A stretch of DNA of 63,994 nt, the filler included, from Ionaspis alba (Eukaryota), in assembly GCA_964255285.1 (NCBI GenBank). It is 6 parts of 6 records of this genome, joined end to end, with 100 filler letters (N's around TTAATTAATTAA, not from the genome) between each part and the next. Parts side by side here need not be neighbours in the genome. Positions count along the whole stretch, not along the records: positions 10,975 to 21,815 come from CAXUUL010000583.1; positions 21,916 to 32,723 come from CAXUUL010000584.1; 4 more parts are not named here. The stretch is one strand, 5' to 3'. The translations under genes were made by a program, and so were the position numbers. Below, piece by piece: positions 11,611-25,446 of this stretch (the stretch's first letter is position 1; each line of letters starts with the position of its first letter). The notes below the pieces were generated by a model. That model searched no databases. It was not told the origin of the DNA and saw nothing but the letters and a program-made list of their open reading frames with translations.

Positions 11611-12492
11611 CTCTAGGCTGGCTAGGCCTTCAGGTATGTGCGCAAGGGAAATTGGATGAGCAAAACTATTGCTGTAGTTCCTGGAAGAACAGGGAAGGAC
11701 GTATCATCGGCGATAGTTTTCAGAATGCTCCATAATGTTGATTGATAATATTAACAATAAACCACATGCACAATCACAACGTTCAAAGATAGCGTGAGGA
11801 ACAGAAAAGCTGGAAGACTTTCAGCTGTCATCCAGAAGTCACTGTCAAAGACCTTTCGCCTATCCATGATCCCTACCTGCACATGTCAACCTGTACATCT
11901 TGTCAGGGCTGGCTTGGTATGCCTTGCCCTTTGTATCTAGATCCCTGGACCTCTTCCCGGTCGCCGTCACTATTCTTGATCTATTGAGTGGTAAGATCTT
12001 TTGACTTTTCTCCCGAAGAGCTAGGGGTAATGATGGTAACTTGTAAAAGTCAGAGATTCGAGATGCGTAATTAGACTGGTTGTAACACATGGTGTACATC
12101 GTGATTGTTATACCTCTGCTGGGATTGAGCAACAATATGGTATATCATATATAGAGATCCAAGCAAGGAATCTAAGTCGCAATGGGGGATGATTCCATCA
12201 CCAGAGGCAACCTACTCTTTCGAGCCAGGTCAAAAAAAGTTACATAGTTGTATATATGAATTGTTGTGGAGAATGAGATGCACTCTGCTGTAGGCTGTGA
12301 CATAGATACATGAGGATGAAAATGGCATTGCTATGATGCTGGACATATAATAGCTACATTGACAATCTGAAACATCATACACAACCTGTAGACCCCTCCG
12401 CAAGCCTAAGCCGCGGATGCCAACGGAGCTGGAAGCGGCCCTCTGTATTTCGGTCAGATGTGCCACCATGGGGATTCCTCGACGGACACGAC

Positions 12493-13755
12493 TTACGGCA
12501 GCTCGTCAATACTCTTGACATTGACCTCCTTTCGCCCATTCATCTTACGGCGTAGAGCACTACTGGCCGGGTACACTAAAAGCAATCAGTCTCTTGCATC
12601 ATCTGATCGTGAACCAGCATCAACTTTGACGTACCAACACGGCGGAGTCTGTTTGGGGAGCCCAAAGGTTGGAGGGTCTTCAGTCCGTGCCACGGGTCCA
12701 CTCTGATATGATCTTCCCAGAAAGATTTCAACTCGTAGTTGAAAGAGTCTTGCTTGGGAATGACGAGCTTTGCAACAGTCTGCCATGGATACTTTTCTGG
12801 ATCCCAGACTTTCCCAGCACTTCGGTATGTCAGTGGGTCTGGACAAAACAGATGGGAAGAGCTACTTACTATTCAACAGGCTGGTCTTCAAGATTCTCGC
12901 AAAGTTGGAATTGCAACAGGTACTCTGCGTCGTGAGCATTGTGGAAATTATATAGCCAGGTGCTCAGAACGTCCGGCTCATCCTTATCAGGCTTGACGGT
13001 CTCCTCATAGAGCTTCTTCTGTGTCTCGGTAGACGGGACAAGGCAGTACTTGCAGACGTAGTCGCCAAAACGATAGGCTGTCTGGGAGTATTGTCTAGTG
13101 GATTCCAGATGCGTGTTTCTGACGGTGTCCCTAAACTTTTGCAGGTCTGTATCTTTACGTGCCTCCAAGTGCTTGTACAATTCGGGCTGGTTGTTGCCAT
13201 ACTTGATACGAAGATCAATGATTTCTCGTGTCGTCTTCGCATCTGCAAGGTCTAGGGCAGGGGTGGAGTTGAATTCGATATCCTGTGTCGGGATGTCCTT
13301 CCCTGCCTCAAGGAAATCTCCCTGGACATTGAATACTTTGATGGCGAAGCCTCGTGGTTGTGGTATCCGATCCTGAGCTGTGTCAGCTTGTGTCCGTCTA
13401 TTATGCTGTGATTGCAACGTACATCGAGTCCTGGATCACCTGGCTCGCTGCTGTATCTACACACGACCGGGTACTCCGCTCCATGATCGAACATGCTCTG
13501 CTTGAGGTGAGGTGGTAGATCATCTGGCACGATGAGCTTTCCTTTGACCAAGCCTTGAGTCCTAGCATGGGTGCCGGAGTAGCAATGACGATGAGAATTC
13601 CAATGAGCCTTCTGAATCTTGTTGATCATGTCGGCCACAGCCTGGATGTCTTCATCTTCACCGTCAGGAATTCTCTCGACTCCGGAATCAAAACGAATAT
13701 ATTTTCTGTCCTCAAGACGTTGAGTGTCTTCAACAGATTTGTTGTGGATCTCCAT
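12493..13755 (-). CDS. Small catalase-related haem protein (y4iL-like / catalase-like superfamily), 4 exons; alternative ATG at 13809
   Basis: Distal His in GTHARTQG, RYSS, PRGFAIKV, distal Asn in DIEFNS, PWHG...PLGSPNRLRRVVY with proximal Tyr. Stop TAA at 12493-12495. Confidence 0.88.
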
Positions 13756-14238
13756 GTTGTTGGCAGTGACCGTATATGGTCCTAGGAATGAATGCCCCAC
13801 TGGGGACATTGTTATATAGCTTCATCATGGTACTGAGGGGTACAATCATGATCTGCGGAGATTTGGAAGCTGGCGTAGTCTAGTAGAGATCTAAAATGAA
13901 AAGGATCTGGTCCTCTATCGATCCATTTGCCTAGGTCCGGGAGGGCCCCTTGGAAGGCTCCGGATGTATGGAATTGTATGTTACAGGCACTGCGCTTCCC
14001 CACATTGGTCGATGGAGGTGGGTGTGAATGTGGTTCGAAGGCTTTAAGCGGCCGACACTTCGGAGGTTGATATTCCGTAGTGTGGGGACCACGAATCCCT
14101 TGGAAGTCAAGTCGTTATTGGATCCTTCCAATGCACCACAACCTGGCACATCTGTTTACGCTAGTGGGGGTTGCAGGTCAAGCTGCTCATTAGTCGAGCA
14201 ACTTGTATACCATAACCGTCGATTGTTATCCGCACAGA

Positions 14239-16372
14239 ATGTCTAGCGCAGGCACTTCAGATCTTACACGTTCTTCATCTTCTGCCGGTACGTTCAGTGA
14301 GTTCCTCCTTGCAAAACCTCTGTACTCCGCAAAAATTTGTGTGAACCTCAAGCTTACGTGGACACTTCGTAGGCACAAAAAACAAAAAAAACAAGAAGAA
14401 GAAACCGGGGAGCAAGATCAAAGTCAACGGAATTTCGGGAACGGCCAATGGCACGAAGCTTGAGACCAAAGATGGTCCCGAGGAGGATGAGGTGGAAGAG
14501 CCCGAAACGCCTATCGAAACTTCACACACTCTAGACCAAGCAGAAGAGTCTGATGCTGCTGGTGTACCATCTCCGGTCAGGAACGGTATCACTTCCATAC
14601 CAGAAAATGCGCCTGATGAAGACCCCCCTGGTGAACCAGAACCTATGACACCACGCAGCCCGATTACCAACCGGTCTCGAAAGTCAACCCTGAACAAACA
14701 CATACCAACGGGTGCGGTGCTCGAGCTGCCACACGGCGACATTGAGAGCCCGCGACATGGGGTTACTCCGGATCTACCAGTCAGCAGTCGATCACGGAAC
14801 GGAACCGTTGTCAACAACGGAGGGTCAGAAAACAGTTCACAAGATTCTCATGGAGATACGGAAGCCAGGCTAGACGCATTGGCCAGGGAACGAGCTTTGC
14901 TGAAGGATGAGGTTTCCCAATTACGGCAATCCCTTGAGGAGATCCAGATGAAACATGAAGAGGAGTTAGGCAATGTTCGGGAACAGCTCGAGGACACTCA
15001 AGGCGAGAAGGAGCATGCCGAGACGCAATATCGAAACCTGCTTGGCAAGGTCAATACTATAAAGTCGCAGCTAGGCGAACGACTCAAGGCTGATGCTGTA
15101 AGTCTTCCAGGATTCCACGCATTTGTCTAGGTCTCACAGCGTCCTAGGAAGATCTTGGGCAAGCACGGAGTCGAATCGAGGCGCTTGAAGAGTACAATAG
15201 CAAGTTGCAGGAGCAACACGATGTTCGCTCCGCCGAGCTTGAAAAGCTAGCAGAAGAAGGAGAACAGCGATCGAAGGAGTTGTCTAGTCTACGAAACAGA
15301 TTGAACCTATCTCAACAGAATTGGTCAAAGGAGAGGGATGACCTTGTCCAAAGGGAGGCATACGCAAAGGAAGAATTCGAGAATGCCAAGCAGGCAATGC
15401 AGGATTGGGAGATTCTAGCGATGGAGGAGCGGTCCATTCGAGAAAACTTACAAGAACGAGTTACAGATCTGGAGGACCAAGTTTCCCATCACCGGGAGTT
15501 ATACGAGAAAGCTGCTTCTGAAAGGGACAGCCAATCGTTGACGGTCGATGGTCTACAAAGAGCTCTACAAGAAATACAAGAAGGTGGGAGACATCGAATT
15601 ACGCTGGAATCCATTGCTGACGATGATGTAGCTCGGAAGCGTGAACTGCGAGAAATTGTTGAAAATTCTCAAACACAAACAGGGGAGCTTCGAAAACAAA
15701 TGGAAGAGTCTCAAGCTCGAGCTGGAGAGGCCACGAACGCCTTGGAACAAGCGAAGAAGGAGCTTGAACGAGCTTTACCCTTTGAGGCGGAGGTCAAGGA
15801 GAAGAATCTCCTGATTGGAAAACTCCGTCATGAAGCCGTCATTCTAAACGACCACCTTACGAAAGCATTGAAGTATCTAAAGAAGGGCAAACCAGAGGAC
15901 AACATTGATAAGTAGGACGTCCATCGACCATCCTCTCACGACAATCACTGATTTGAATTAGACAACTCGTCTCAAACCACTTCCTCCACTTCCTCGCCCT
16001 CGAACGATCCGATCCCAAAAAGTTCCAAATCCTCCAGATCATTGCCGCCCTCCTTGGTTGGACAGACGGTATATCTCTCTTGACGCCTTCCTCTCTCTCA
16101 TCCGCTAATCTCTCTTAGAACAACGAGAACAAGCAGGTCTCGCCCGACCCGGCGCCTCGAACCCCAATCTCAAAACTCCAGTATCACCTTGGCATCGTAC
16201 ACCAAGCACGCCAGCGCTCTCAACCGAGTTCTTCCCTGACGATGGCAAGGGCAAGAAGGAATCATTGGCCGGGTTGTGGTCAGATTTCTTGGAGCAGGAA
16301 GCCCAAGATGGGGCCAGGTCGTCCAGGTCCTCACGTTCGACGAGCATTGCGAGCGGGGCTAAACCTTCATGA
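14239..16372 (+). CDS. RUD3: Golgin with GRAB/GRIP-related domain (Rud3/GMAP-210-like), multi-exon
   Basis: Long coiled coil, then EKNLLIGKLRHEAVILNDHLTKAL...DNIDKQLVSNHFLHFL...KKFQILQIIAALLGWTDEQREQAGL. Confidence 0.9.
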
Positions 16373-16860
16373 TGGTTATGAGCGACTTTAGCATATTCTA
16401 CGAACACTTTGCATGCACTTTTTGCGATCATAGCGGAATTTTTGGGAGGCTATCGAGGCTCTAGTGATAGCTCTTCTGTAGTTGCTACGGTATACGAGAT
16501 GTTTTGGGGACAATTCCTCGTCAAGCTCTGATGATGTGTCTACTCGACCTCCCGAGGTGTTCCTGCATTGGGTATGTTTGACTTGTGGGCCCGGTCCCAC
16601 AAATCACTGCTTGCCGGAAAATAGGAAAAACATGCAGACGCCACGAGGCTAGAATTCTCCTAGCGCCTGTGGCTTCGCGTCCCGCTTTCAGCTTCCGGCT
16701 TTCTTTCCCCGCAATCCTCCTCCGGAAGAGACCCTATACGGGACACGGTCAAGCATGGCCAGATCAATCAGTCACCCCAAAGCAACCATGGCGCGGCTGT
16801 CGATACAAAAACCATATATATATCCACATCTTTAGCTACGATTTTGCATTCTTTGCTTCA

Positions 16861-18277
16861 ATGTCTAAACCAAAGCTCCATGTCGCTATTGTGGGTGCCG
16901 GTCTTGGTGGTCTGGCTGCTGCAATTGGCATTGCGCGAGCTGGGCACAAAGTCACGGTTTTGGAGCAGGCAACTGTACTAGGAGAGGTGCGTACAACTTG
17001 CCGGTATGATTTATGGTGCTATTGTCTCTGACAACAAGACACAGATTGGAGCCGGTATCCAAATCCCTCCCAACTCCTCCCGCATCCTCAAGCGTTGGGG
17101 CATTCTCGACCAAATCGAAGCCGTATCTGTCCGGCCCAGCGACTTCATCCTACGCTCGTACCGCAATGGCAAGATTCTATCCAAGCAGAACATGGTACCG
17201 TACGCCGAGGAACGCTACGGCGTCCCGTACTTGCATATCCACCGTGCCGATTACCACAAGATCCTCGTTGCGGAAGCTGAACGCCTTGGTGTTTCGATAC
17301 AGCTGGACTGTTCGGTGACTAAGATAGATTTTGAGAAGCCGTGTGTACATCTGAAGGATAAGCCAGAATTTCACGCCGATATTGTCTTAGGTGCAGACGG
17401 CCTGAAATCGATTTGCCGAGAAGCTCTCCTGGGACGATCAGATCCTCCACACCTTACCGGAGACCTCGCATACCGGATCATAGTGAAGGCGGAAGATATG
17501 AAGAAACATCCGCTGCTGAAGGAACTTGCCGAGAAGCCCGCAATAAATTACTGGATGGGTCCAGACGCTCACGCGGTGTGTTATCTGCTGCAAGGAGGCG
17601 GGCTCTATAATATCGTTCTCATATGCCCGGACAATCTCCCGGAACTGGTCAACAATGCCAAAGCAGACGTACAGGAGATGCGTGACTTCTTCGAGAAATG
17701 GGATCCCAGGTTGAAGGCACTGCTGGGACTTGTGCAGGAGACGAGTAAATGGCGGTTGCAGAATAGTGAGGAGATGGAAAGCTGGAGTCATCCTTCGGGG
17801 AAGTTCTCACTTCTGGGAGATGCATGCCATGCTACCTTGCCATACTTGTAAGTGATGCCTCCACTAGAACTCTAGCCCGGAGCTGACCACTGTCGTAGAG
17901 CTCAAGGAGCCGCCCAAGCAGTCGAGGACGGCGCAGTCATTGGCTCTCTCTTCTCCCGTATCACTTCCAAATCACAACTTCCGGACATCCTCACCCTCTT
18001 CGAAGCTCTACGCAAATCACGCACGACAAGAGTTGTGAAGGGCAGTACTGCTCTACGGGATGTCTTCCATATGCACGATGGCCCTCGTCAGCAGGAGCGT
18101 GATAGGCAATTACTAGAGGAAGCGCCTTTTGAAGGATATCCCAATCGATGGGCAGATCCTGTATTTCAACCTTGGCTGTTTGGATATGATAGTGAGAAGG
18201 AGGTAGATGTGGCGTGGAAAAGATATCAGGAGGGCACTTGGCCGGGAACGACGGGGAGATTTGCAGGGAAGCTTTGA
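16861..18277 (+). CDS. FAD-dependent monooxygenase, salicylate hydroxylase-like (3 exons)
   Basis: GAGLGG Rossmann motif, EIGAGIQ, GADGLKS (DG motif), LLGDACHATLPYLAQGAAQAVED. Confidence 0.93.
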
Positions 18278-18780
18278 GCTAGAGTCTATTTGCCGTTGGC
18301 AGCATTCAGAGGCTTGTTGTACAAATTTTTTTCATAACGATTGGTAAGTGTAAAAACAGGTCAAGAGTTGAAACAAATTCGTGGCATAGACAGGCTGCAA
18401 AGTGGCATAGGAATTGTTTCAGCACCGAAACACAGCGCAACAATCCACCATGGATGTATGCAGCGTTCTTCCGTCTGGAAGACAAGCGACGAGCCCAATG
18501 CTATGAAACAAACCCACGATCATCATGGTCATGCTCCTTCTCGTAGCACGTTCTTCGTCATTCCGCTGAACAATCAAGTTTACGGTACAACATCACAGTA
18601 TCCAATCCCCAAACTCAATTCCTCTAACCAGAATGTACATATGTATGCCAGAAGCGAACCCGCCCAACCCACAGGCGACCTCAGCAAAGAGACACCGGGC
18701 AAAGGACGGGATTATGAAAGGCGCAACTAGTTCTCCGTGCGCTCGGGAATGTGCTCTAGAGATTGATGATGTGCTCTAGG

Positions 18781-20860
18781 TCAAGGGTATTTTGAGGCCG
18801 TTGACAATAAATTGGAGANNNNNNNNNNNNNNNNNNNNNNNNNNNNNNNNNNNNNNNNNNNNNNNNNNNNNNNNNNNNNNNNNNNNNNNNNNNNNNNNNN
18901 NNNNNNNNNNNNNNNNNNCTCTGTCTCGCCATATCTAGTTCTTGGGTGCGCCTCGCTGTCCGTATATTCCTGGAAGTCGGCGTATGGATCTTCTTCGGTT
19001 TTCATTCTATCCTTGAGATAGAGGATTGGTGACCACGTCCTCCAATGCAGAGTTGTAATGTGAGCGATGCGTTGTCCAATACTCCTCAGATCGTCATGAT
19101 CGTTGCTTCGCTCGCAGAGCGATGTTGGCTCATAATGGTTGAGGATTTGCAGCGGAGTTAGATTGGAGATCATCGCCAATTCCTGATCGACGATGCTTTC
19201 GAGCTCGTTGCATATTTCTGATTCGAGGTCCTGATACCGATCGGAGCGGACATCGCACGACCGCTGCAAGTGTTCGATCATGCTTGAGACGTGCTCGTCT
19301 GAAGGTAGCATTTCGATGTTACACAATATATAAACTGCTCGTACTACTTCCAGTGCCGCACGCTCTGATGGTATCGACCAACCCGCGGGGTCTCCGTAAG
19401 GCTCGCCGATGTCAGAGATGCGCTGCAGTACTTGGCGATATGAGTCCGACGGAGGATGATTTGGATATCCCAGCCGCTTTGCCAGGGACAGAAAAGCTTC
19501 ACGGCAGATCGTCTCGCATATATGCTTCCGGATTTCCAAATGTAGTTGTCGAAGTCGATCCATATCGAATACGAACGTGGTTGGAAAGCGGTTATCAATC
19601 CCGATGACCAAGTCAATGACTGCTCTTGCAAAGACTTCAATGCGGGTATGTCCTTCATCGTATTCCTGGATTTCATATTCGACTGCCTTTTCATACCAGT
19701 CGAGTGCTTGAGAAATCTCAAATTCGTGGGCTATGCTTTCTAGGAAAACCTTCTGCTCAAAGTCGACGGTGTCATTCACCATGAGCAGCTTCAAATATTT
19801 TATCTGATGATTTGCTACGTCCTTGGAAAGTGTTAGCTTTCGTGTGTTTTCTACAGCTCAGGGCCATGTGACTTACCAGCTTCATCATCTCCAGCACGCC
19901 GAAGAGCTTTTCGATGCCTCCAATCAGCTCTCGAGGACTGTTGTGGCGGATACCATCCTGCATCATGTCGACCATTTCTACAACACAAGAATCTCGTTGA
20001 GGCGAGCAAGAGCCTTTTAATAGGGCCCCAAGCCATTCGCTTAGCTGTATAAAGTCCATCACTCCGTTCTCTAGCTGCTGCATCACAAGATCGACATCGA
20101 GCGTCCGATCGACAGCTTCCCATTCTGCGCTTGGCACAAGTGTCTTAAGTATTTCAGCTATTGACTTGATCATATCTGGTAGCCGCCGTGGTATCTGCTG
20201 TCCACGGAAGTATGCAAGCGTGACATCGGAGAGGAAAGCTCCGAAAGCGGTGTTCGGTCCAGGTCGGATATGCTGGAAGTATGTTGTGAGCTCGATAGTG
20301 AGTGCATCCCAGTATAGTCTTGCGAGCGCTTTCTTCTCTTCGCCTCTGCGCCCATCATAGTTGGGCCTGAAGACAACTTCGCGGTCAAAGTTGAGGTCGT
20401 GCCGTAGCTTAGCATCGTTAATAATTCTAATCAGATCGAGCTCTCCGAGAGACGCTTTGGTGATAGGAGGTTCATCACTGGCCGTCCTAAGAATCGAAGC
20501 AGTGGCTATAGCTGCATCGAAAGACTGTAGTTGTGGTTGAGGTCTAGGCTCTAAGCTTTTGCCATCCTTAGCTGCGTGCATCACAGGCATCCAATATTGT
20601 TCCAAACTCGTTGAGGATCTGGCGGTCTCATTTTCAGGTTTGGGTAGATCTACGAGACTTTGTGGGGCGGAACAAGAGTGAGTTCGCTGGAGGTTGAGAA
20701 GTGGTCGGCGCATTCGAGAAGTGCACGGACTGTTCAAAGTGTCGGACACTGACAGATCGTCAGGAGTATCGATGCTCGTAAGTTGTGTACCAGCGCTTGA
20801 TGTAGTCACTGTCCGGCGCTCGTATCGACTTCCAGCTTCTGAATGCCTACGCGAGTTCAT
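18781..20860 (-). CDS. SOK1: T-complex protein 11 family protein (Sok1-like); 3' end uncertain across an N gap
   Basis: PPITKASLGELD...KLRHDLNFD...FRPNYDG, LLKGSCSPQRD, LEMMKLDVANHQI (spliced), FPTTFVFD, HITTLHWRTW. Confidence 0.88.
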
Positions 20861-21815
20861 ATTCTAGATTCTCTTTGCTATATCGATAAGGTTGATGTCT
20901 TCTGACAAGGCTGTAGATTCGAAAGCTCTGCGGTAGTATGTAAAAGGCTAGACTGGCATGCGGAAAGCTGGTGTGTCCAGCATGGGGCTTTGAATCTTAT
21001 TGCTGTATATGACGCGCTGCACTGATGAATCGAGGTTAGCAATTCATTACAATATATGAGTCTTGTACGCTTCATGTTTGAAACAACAAGGTCTTCTTGG
21101 TTGTGGTGCACAAAGAACGTGGCTGAAGGATTTACAATTCGTCGCAAACAGTATGTGCAGCTTTGTGCTTCAATTCTAGTAACAAGAAAAGGTGCCGCCC
21201 GCAACTGTGAAAGAACTAGAGGCTGTTGAGAGACCTACTTAGGCAAACGAAACGGGTATGCTTCCTCGAGAGAAAAATGTAGAGTTTGCGCGATGGGTCG
21301 AAGGAGAAGGCTACAAGATCAGAAAAAAATCCGGATAGCCGGATTTTAGAATAAGGAACTCAGGAACAAGCACTGTCATACGTTACTCAAGGCTTACGGT
21401 GGAAAGAGTGTATGGAGTGCTATTGTAGAGCCAAGTGGATGAAGTGAGGCAGTTTGATAGACACCCAATCTTCCACACTTGCAAGTTGTTCAAGTGCCCA
21501 ATGGTAAACCCTGGCGACCGAGGCGCAAGACGAAGTCCACCACGACTTCAGTTTGGGCTTCGGTTGAGCAACAGCAGACGGCAAGGTTCGCCATGTGGCC
21601 GTCTTTCATTGCAAGGGCGAAAGCGAAGGACAGTAAGGCTGCCGTGCTAGCGAATCCATTCGCAGACGTCCAACCTGTCCTGAATGCTGTGCTCCCAAGT
21701 CGAACACCGGGCCCGCACAATGCCTGCCTGTCAAGCCTTTGGGCTGGACACCAACCTATCCAGGATTGAGTGCCACTTGAGTACTCGTTGAGGGTTGATC
21801 CAGGAACCAGAATCT

Positions 21816-21915
21816 NNNNNNNNNNNNNNNNNNNNNNNNNNNNNNNNNNNNNNNNNNNNTTAATTAATTAANNNNNNNNNNNNNNNNNNNNNNNNNNNNN
21901 NNNNNNNNNNNNNNN
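21816..21915. other. Artificial contig linker
   Basis: N44-TTAATTAATTAA-N44. Confidence 0.98.
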
Positions 21916-24900
21916 GGGAAGGGGAAGGGAGGGGGAAGGGTACCTCGCAGCTCGACTTCTTGGATACAGCGCGTTATGATGCCAGGGATGCTGACGCGTT
22001 CGTATTCGGCGCGTTGTTCGAGCTCGGAGCCGAAGAGAACTGGATTAACGTCAATGCCATCATCCACAATACAATTGTAATTTCTCATACCAGAAGCATT
22101 CTCTGCAACCACAGTCGCCGTACTCCCATTCGGCGTCAACTTCTGCGGCAACAACTGTCCCGATTTATTCGTCTTCTGATTTCCAAAGAAGCCAAATCCC
22201 TGCCTCGCAGCATCGTTGCTGGTACTCCTCGGCAGCGGTAGCGTAGTGGTAGGGTATTCCGAGCTCTGCGCCATGGCTCCATACGGTGTACCCTCGGTAA
22301 GCCCGTCCTGAACCTGGAATTTATTTGCGTCGTTCGAAGTGAAAGCACCCTTGAGACCTTTGGTGACTCCCTTCGCGACGTTCTGGCCACCTTTCTTCCA
22401 GTTGAATCGCTTCGGCTGGCCTTTGCGGATATTCACCACTTGGGGCGCAGTCAGGATCGTGGCAGGCTCGGCATCAGGATCGTGCGCTAGCGTCGTTCCG
22501 GTGAAATGACTTTCCGTGATCGAAGGTCTTGCGTCTCTGCTGTCGAACGATTTCTCCTTGGGGTGATGGGTGTATATGCCCAGACCTTGCAGACCGTGAC
22601 TCGTGACTTCCAGCGAAGGGTCCTTGCCCGGCCTGTGGCTTGGCTGTACTAGAGAATTGTTGAATGCGGCCAGCTGCGCGTTCTTCGCACATATTTGCTC
22701 GAATTCCTGGAATTCTTTCTCCTTCCCTTGCATGAGAAGTGCGATTTCTTCCTGGAGGGCGTTCCGCCTCGCGGTTAGATCTTCGATTTGCGGGGCAAAT
22801 GAGTCTTTGAGCTTTTGCAATTCCCCTGCGAATTCACGGAGCATCACATTAGTCAAATCGCTGAGGTCCAGTGGTTTTTGGCTCGATTTTGCAGCAGCAA
22901 TGTGATCTGTCAAGACCTCCAATTCGCGTACGACAATCTCCTTCTGTGTGTCCAGAACAACCATTGTGGATCTCTTTTCTCGCAATTCGGTGTTCATCTG
23001 CTTTATATTTGCCTTCTTTTCGATAGTGGCTTCCAGCTCCGCAATCCTCATATCCTTTTCCATGGCCCGCTGCCTCTCCTTCCTAAGCTCATTTTTAAGC
23101 AACGCGATATCATCCTTGGCATCAGGCGAAGAAGTTGTTGAACTGTTCATGTCATGTTGAAACACAGAAGTAGAGTTCAGTGGCGACTTTGGCCATTTTT
23201 CCTTGGACAGCCGATGTCCTCTGTCGCTGTGGCTTCGGGCATGGCGCACTGAGTTGGATACGCGACGGAGGAAGGATGCTTGGTCCGATTCTTCATTGCC
23301 CAGGATACGAGTCATTTCCTCTGCCATTGAGAATTCACCGCCAGCGCTGTACCTCGGCAAGGTTGGTGAAGCAGGTTGGTCTCCATTTCTCGTCGATTCC
23401 GATTGAAGCGTGCTAATGGATTCGTTCTTTGCCTTGTGATTCTGGTGATTCTCTACAGGTGGGTGAGGAGGAGCTCTGGGAGACACAAAAGAGCCTTTCG
23501 GAGATGCCGCCGCAAGCATTGGTCGATCTTTGGCTCGAGCGGGTGGCTGAATCATGTCCATACTACTCTTGATAGGTGACTCCATTGGCCGAGAGATGGT
23601 TCGACCTCCATTGAGATTCGTCGACGACGCAGGAGATTCATGACTGCTAGCAGAAGTGGGGGCAGCAGAAGAAGAGTCATTGGGACTGGTCGATGCCTTA
23701 GGAACAGCGACCTCCTTGCGGGATACTGGGGATTGTTTGGCGACCGACTTCAACAAAGAGTCACCTCGTTGGGGAAGAGTCTGGATATGTGTGCTTGGTG
23801 GTGAGTACTGTGAGCTTGGAGAATCCTTGGCTCCATTCTCGTAATGTCGTTTGTCCTGTCCAATTCGAGGTGATATTGTATAGGTAGAGTCAGATTGAGC
23901 TGGCATGGGTGAATCGGTTGCTGGGACAATGACTTGTTGCTCCTTGATATCCGCTGTTGCAGACGCTGGAGCGGATTTGGACTTTTGATCATTCATCGTG
24001 GTGTCCACTGCAGGTGGCGCTGGTACGTCAGATCGAGAATTCCTTGCAGACGAACCTGACTTCCTTCGCTTGGGCGCTTCCTGCAACTTGAACTTTTCCT
24101 TGTCGGTCTGACCGCTCCTTGTAGACTCTTTAGTGTCTTTCCGGTCTTGTTCAAATGCTGCCGCGCTTCCTGGTGGATTGGTAATGCCTGACACACTCCT
24201 TTTGCGTATAGTATCCAGTATGTCTGCGGTCGGAACCCTTCCCTTCTCTTGATACGCTATATGTGGACTACTTGGCTGAGATCCACCATGAGATCCTGGT
24301 CGAGAGATTTCCTTGGATACAATGGGTGCTCCTTCGTAGTCACGCGACACTTTCCGGGATGAGGAGTGAGGAATTTTGGCATTGAAGTAATCGCTTGATG
24401 ACAATTTAGGCGCGTCTTCTGGCGTTTCGAACTTGTGCAGCCTAGTCAGAGGCGAAGGGCCGGGAGCAGGGTTAGGGTCTAGCGCCATTGGAATATAATT
24501 ATAATCATCACCCGTCCCAGACAGATCCGACCTTTGTGATATTGCTGAATGCCTATTGTTCTTGTATGTCGTCGATGGTAGAGTCAAGTTGTCCGTGACG
24601 TATGAGCTTCCTATTGTTTTCTTGTTGTTCATGTGCGGGTCCTCACCTCTCCGTTCAAGCTCTGACGCTGCAGGAGAGCGGTCCCTTGTCGTCCTTGACG
24701 ACTTTGCTGACTTCTTTGACGATTGCGGTGTGGGCAGCTCTGTTGGGGTATCCGAGTATGTATCAGAAGGAGTATTCTGACCTTCTGGTGGAAAGACCGT
24801 CGAAGGGACAGCGTTGGGAGGTAGAGAAGGTAAGGATTTGTCCAGGAGCATGGTATTGTTATTGCTGGCTTGCTTGTGACGACTTGACGAGTTCTTGGCG

Positions 24901-25446
24901 CCTTTCTTTCTTCGTCTTGCCATCAATCCTTCATGACATTCCATGCAAAATATGCCTTGCGATGTCCTGGCGTATCGCAGGTTCTCTATTTCCTTCTTGC
25001 AGTTCCGACATTTGAAGCAGCTGGCGCAGAATGCTTGGTCACCGGTGAGGATGGCCAGATCCTCGATCTTGTTCCCACACGCACTGCAGCTATATGTACA
25101 ATTGTTGCAGATGAGTGATCCGTCGCCAAGCAGGAGAAGGTTCGCATCGGAGTCGAGCAGTGTGCCACAGGTGTTGCAACGAAAGCAGTCAATGTGCCAT
25201 CGGTTGCCAGCTATTGTGTGGTCAGTCTCGGCACAGTCATTGACCAGATGTAACGTTGGGGATGTACCTAGTTCGAATGCTTTTCCTTCTTCCAGTATCT
25301 ATAAACGTGAACTTGGTGGTTAGCGGGTTCGTTGAAAAACGTTTGACGGTTGGATCGGATGGGATTGACAGTACCTCGCCGCAACCTTTGCACGGGTATA
25401 CCTCTTCCTCCATGGGGGACTCTGGATAACCATTCACCATCTCCAT
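21916..25446 (-). CDS. RGA1: LIM-domain Rho GTPase-activating protein (Rga1-like), 3'-truncated at the contig end
   Basis: Two LIM domains (CKGCGE...WHIDCFRCNTC; CSACGNKIEDLAILTGDQAFCASCFKC), a coiled coil, and the RhoGAP start LFGSELEQRAEYE...IPGIITRCIQEVELRG. Confidence 0.92.

Noticed and set aside
21326..21348. AAAATCCGG-ATAG-CCGGATTTT 9-bp inverted repeat upstream of SOK1
   Set aside because: Too short to distinguish from chance. At most a possible Zn2Cys6-type site.
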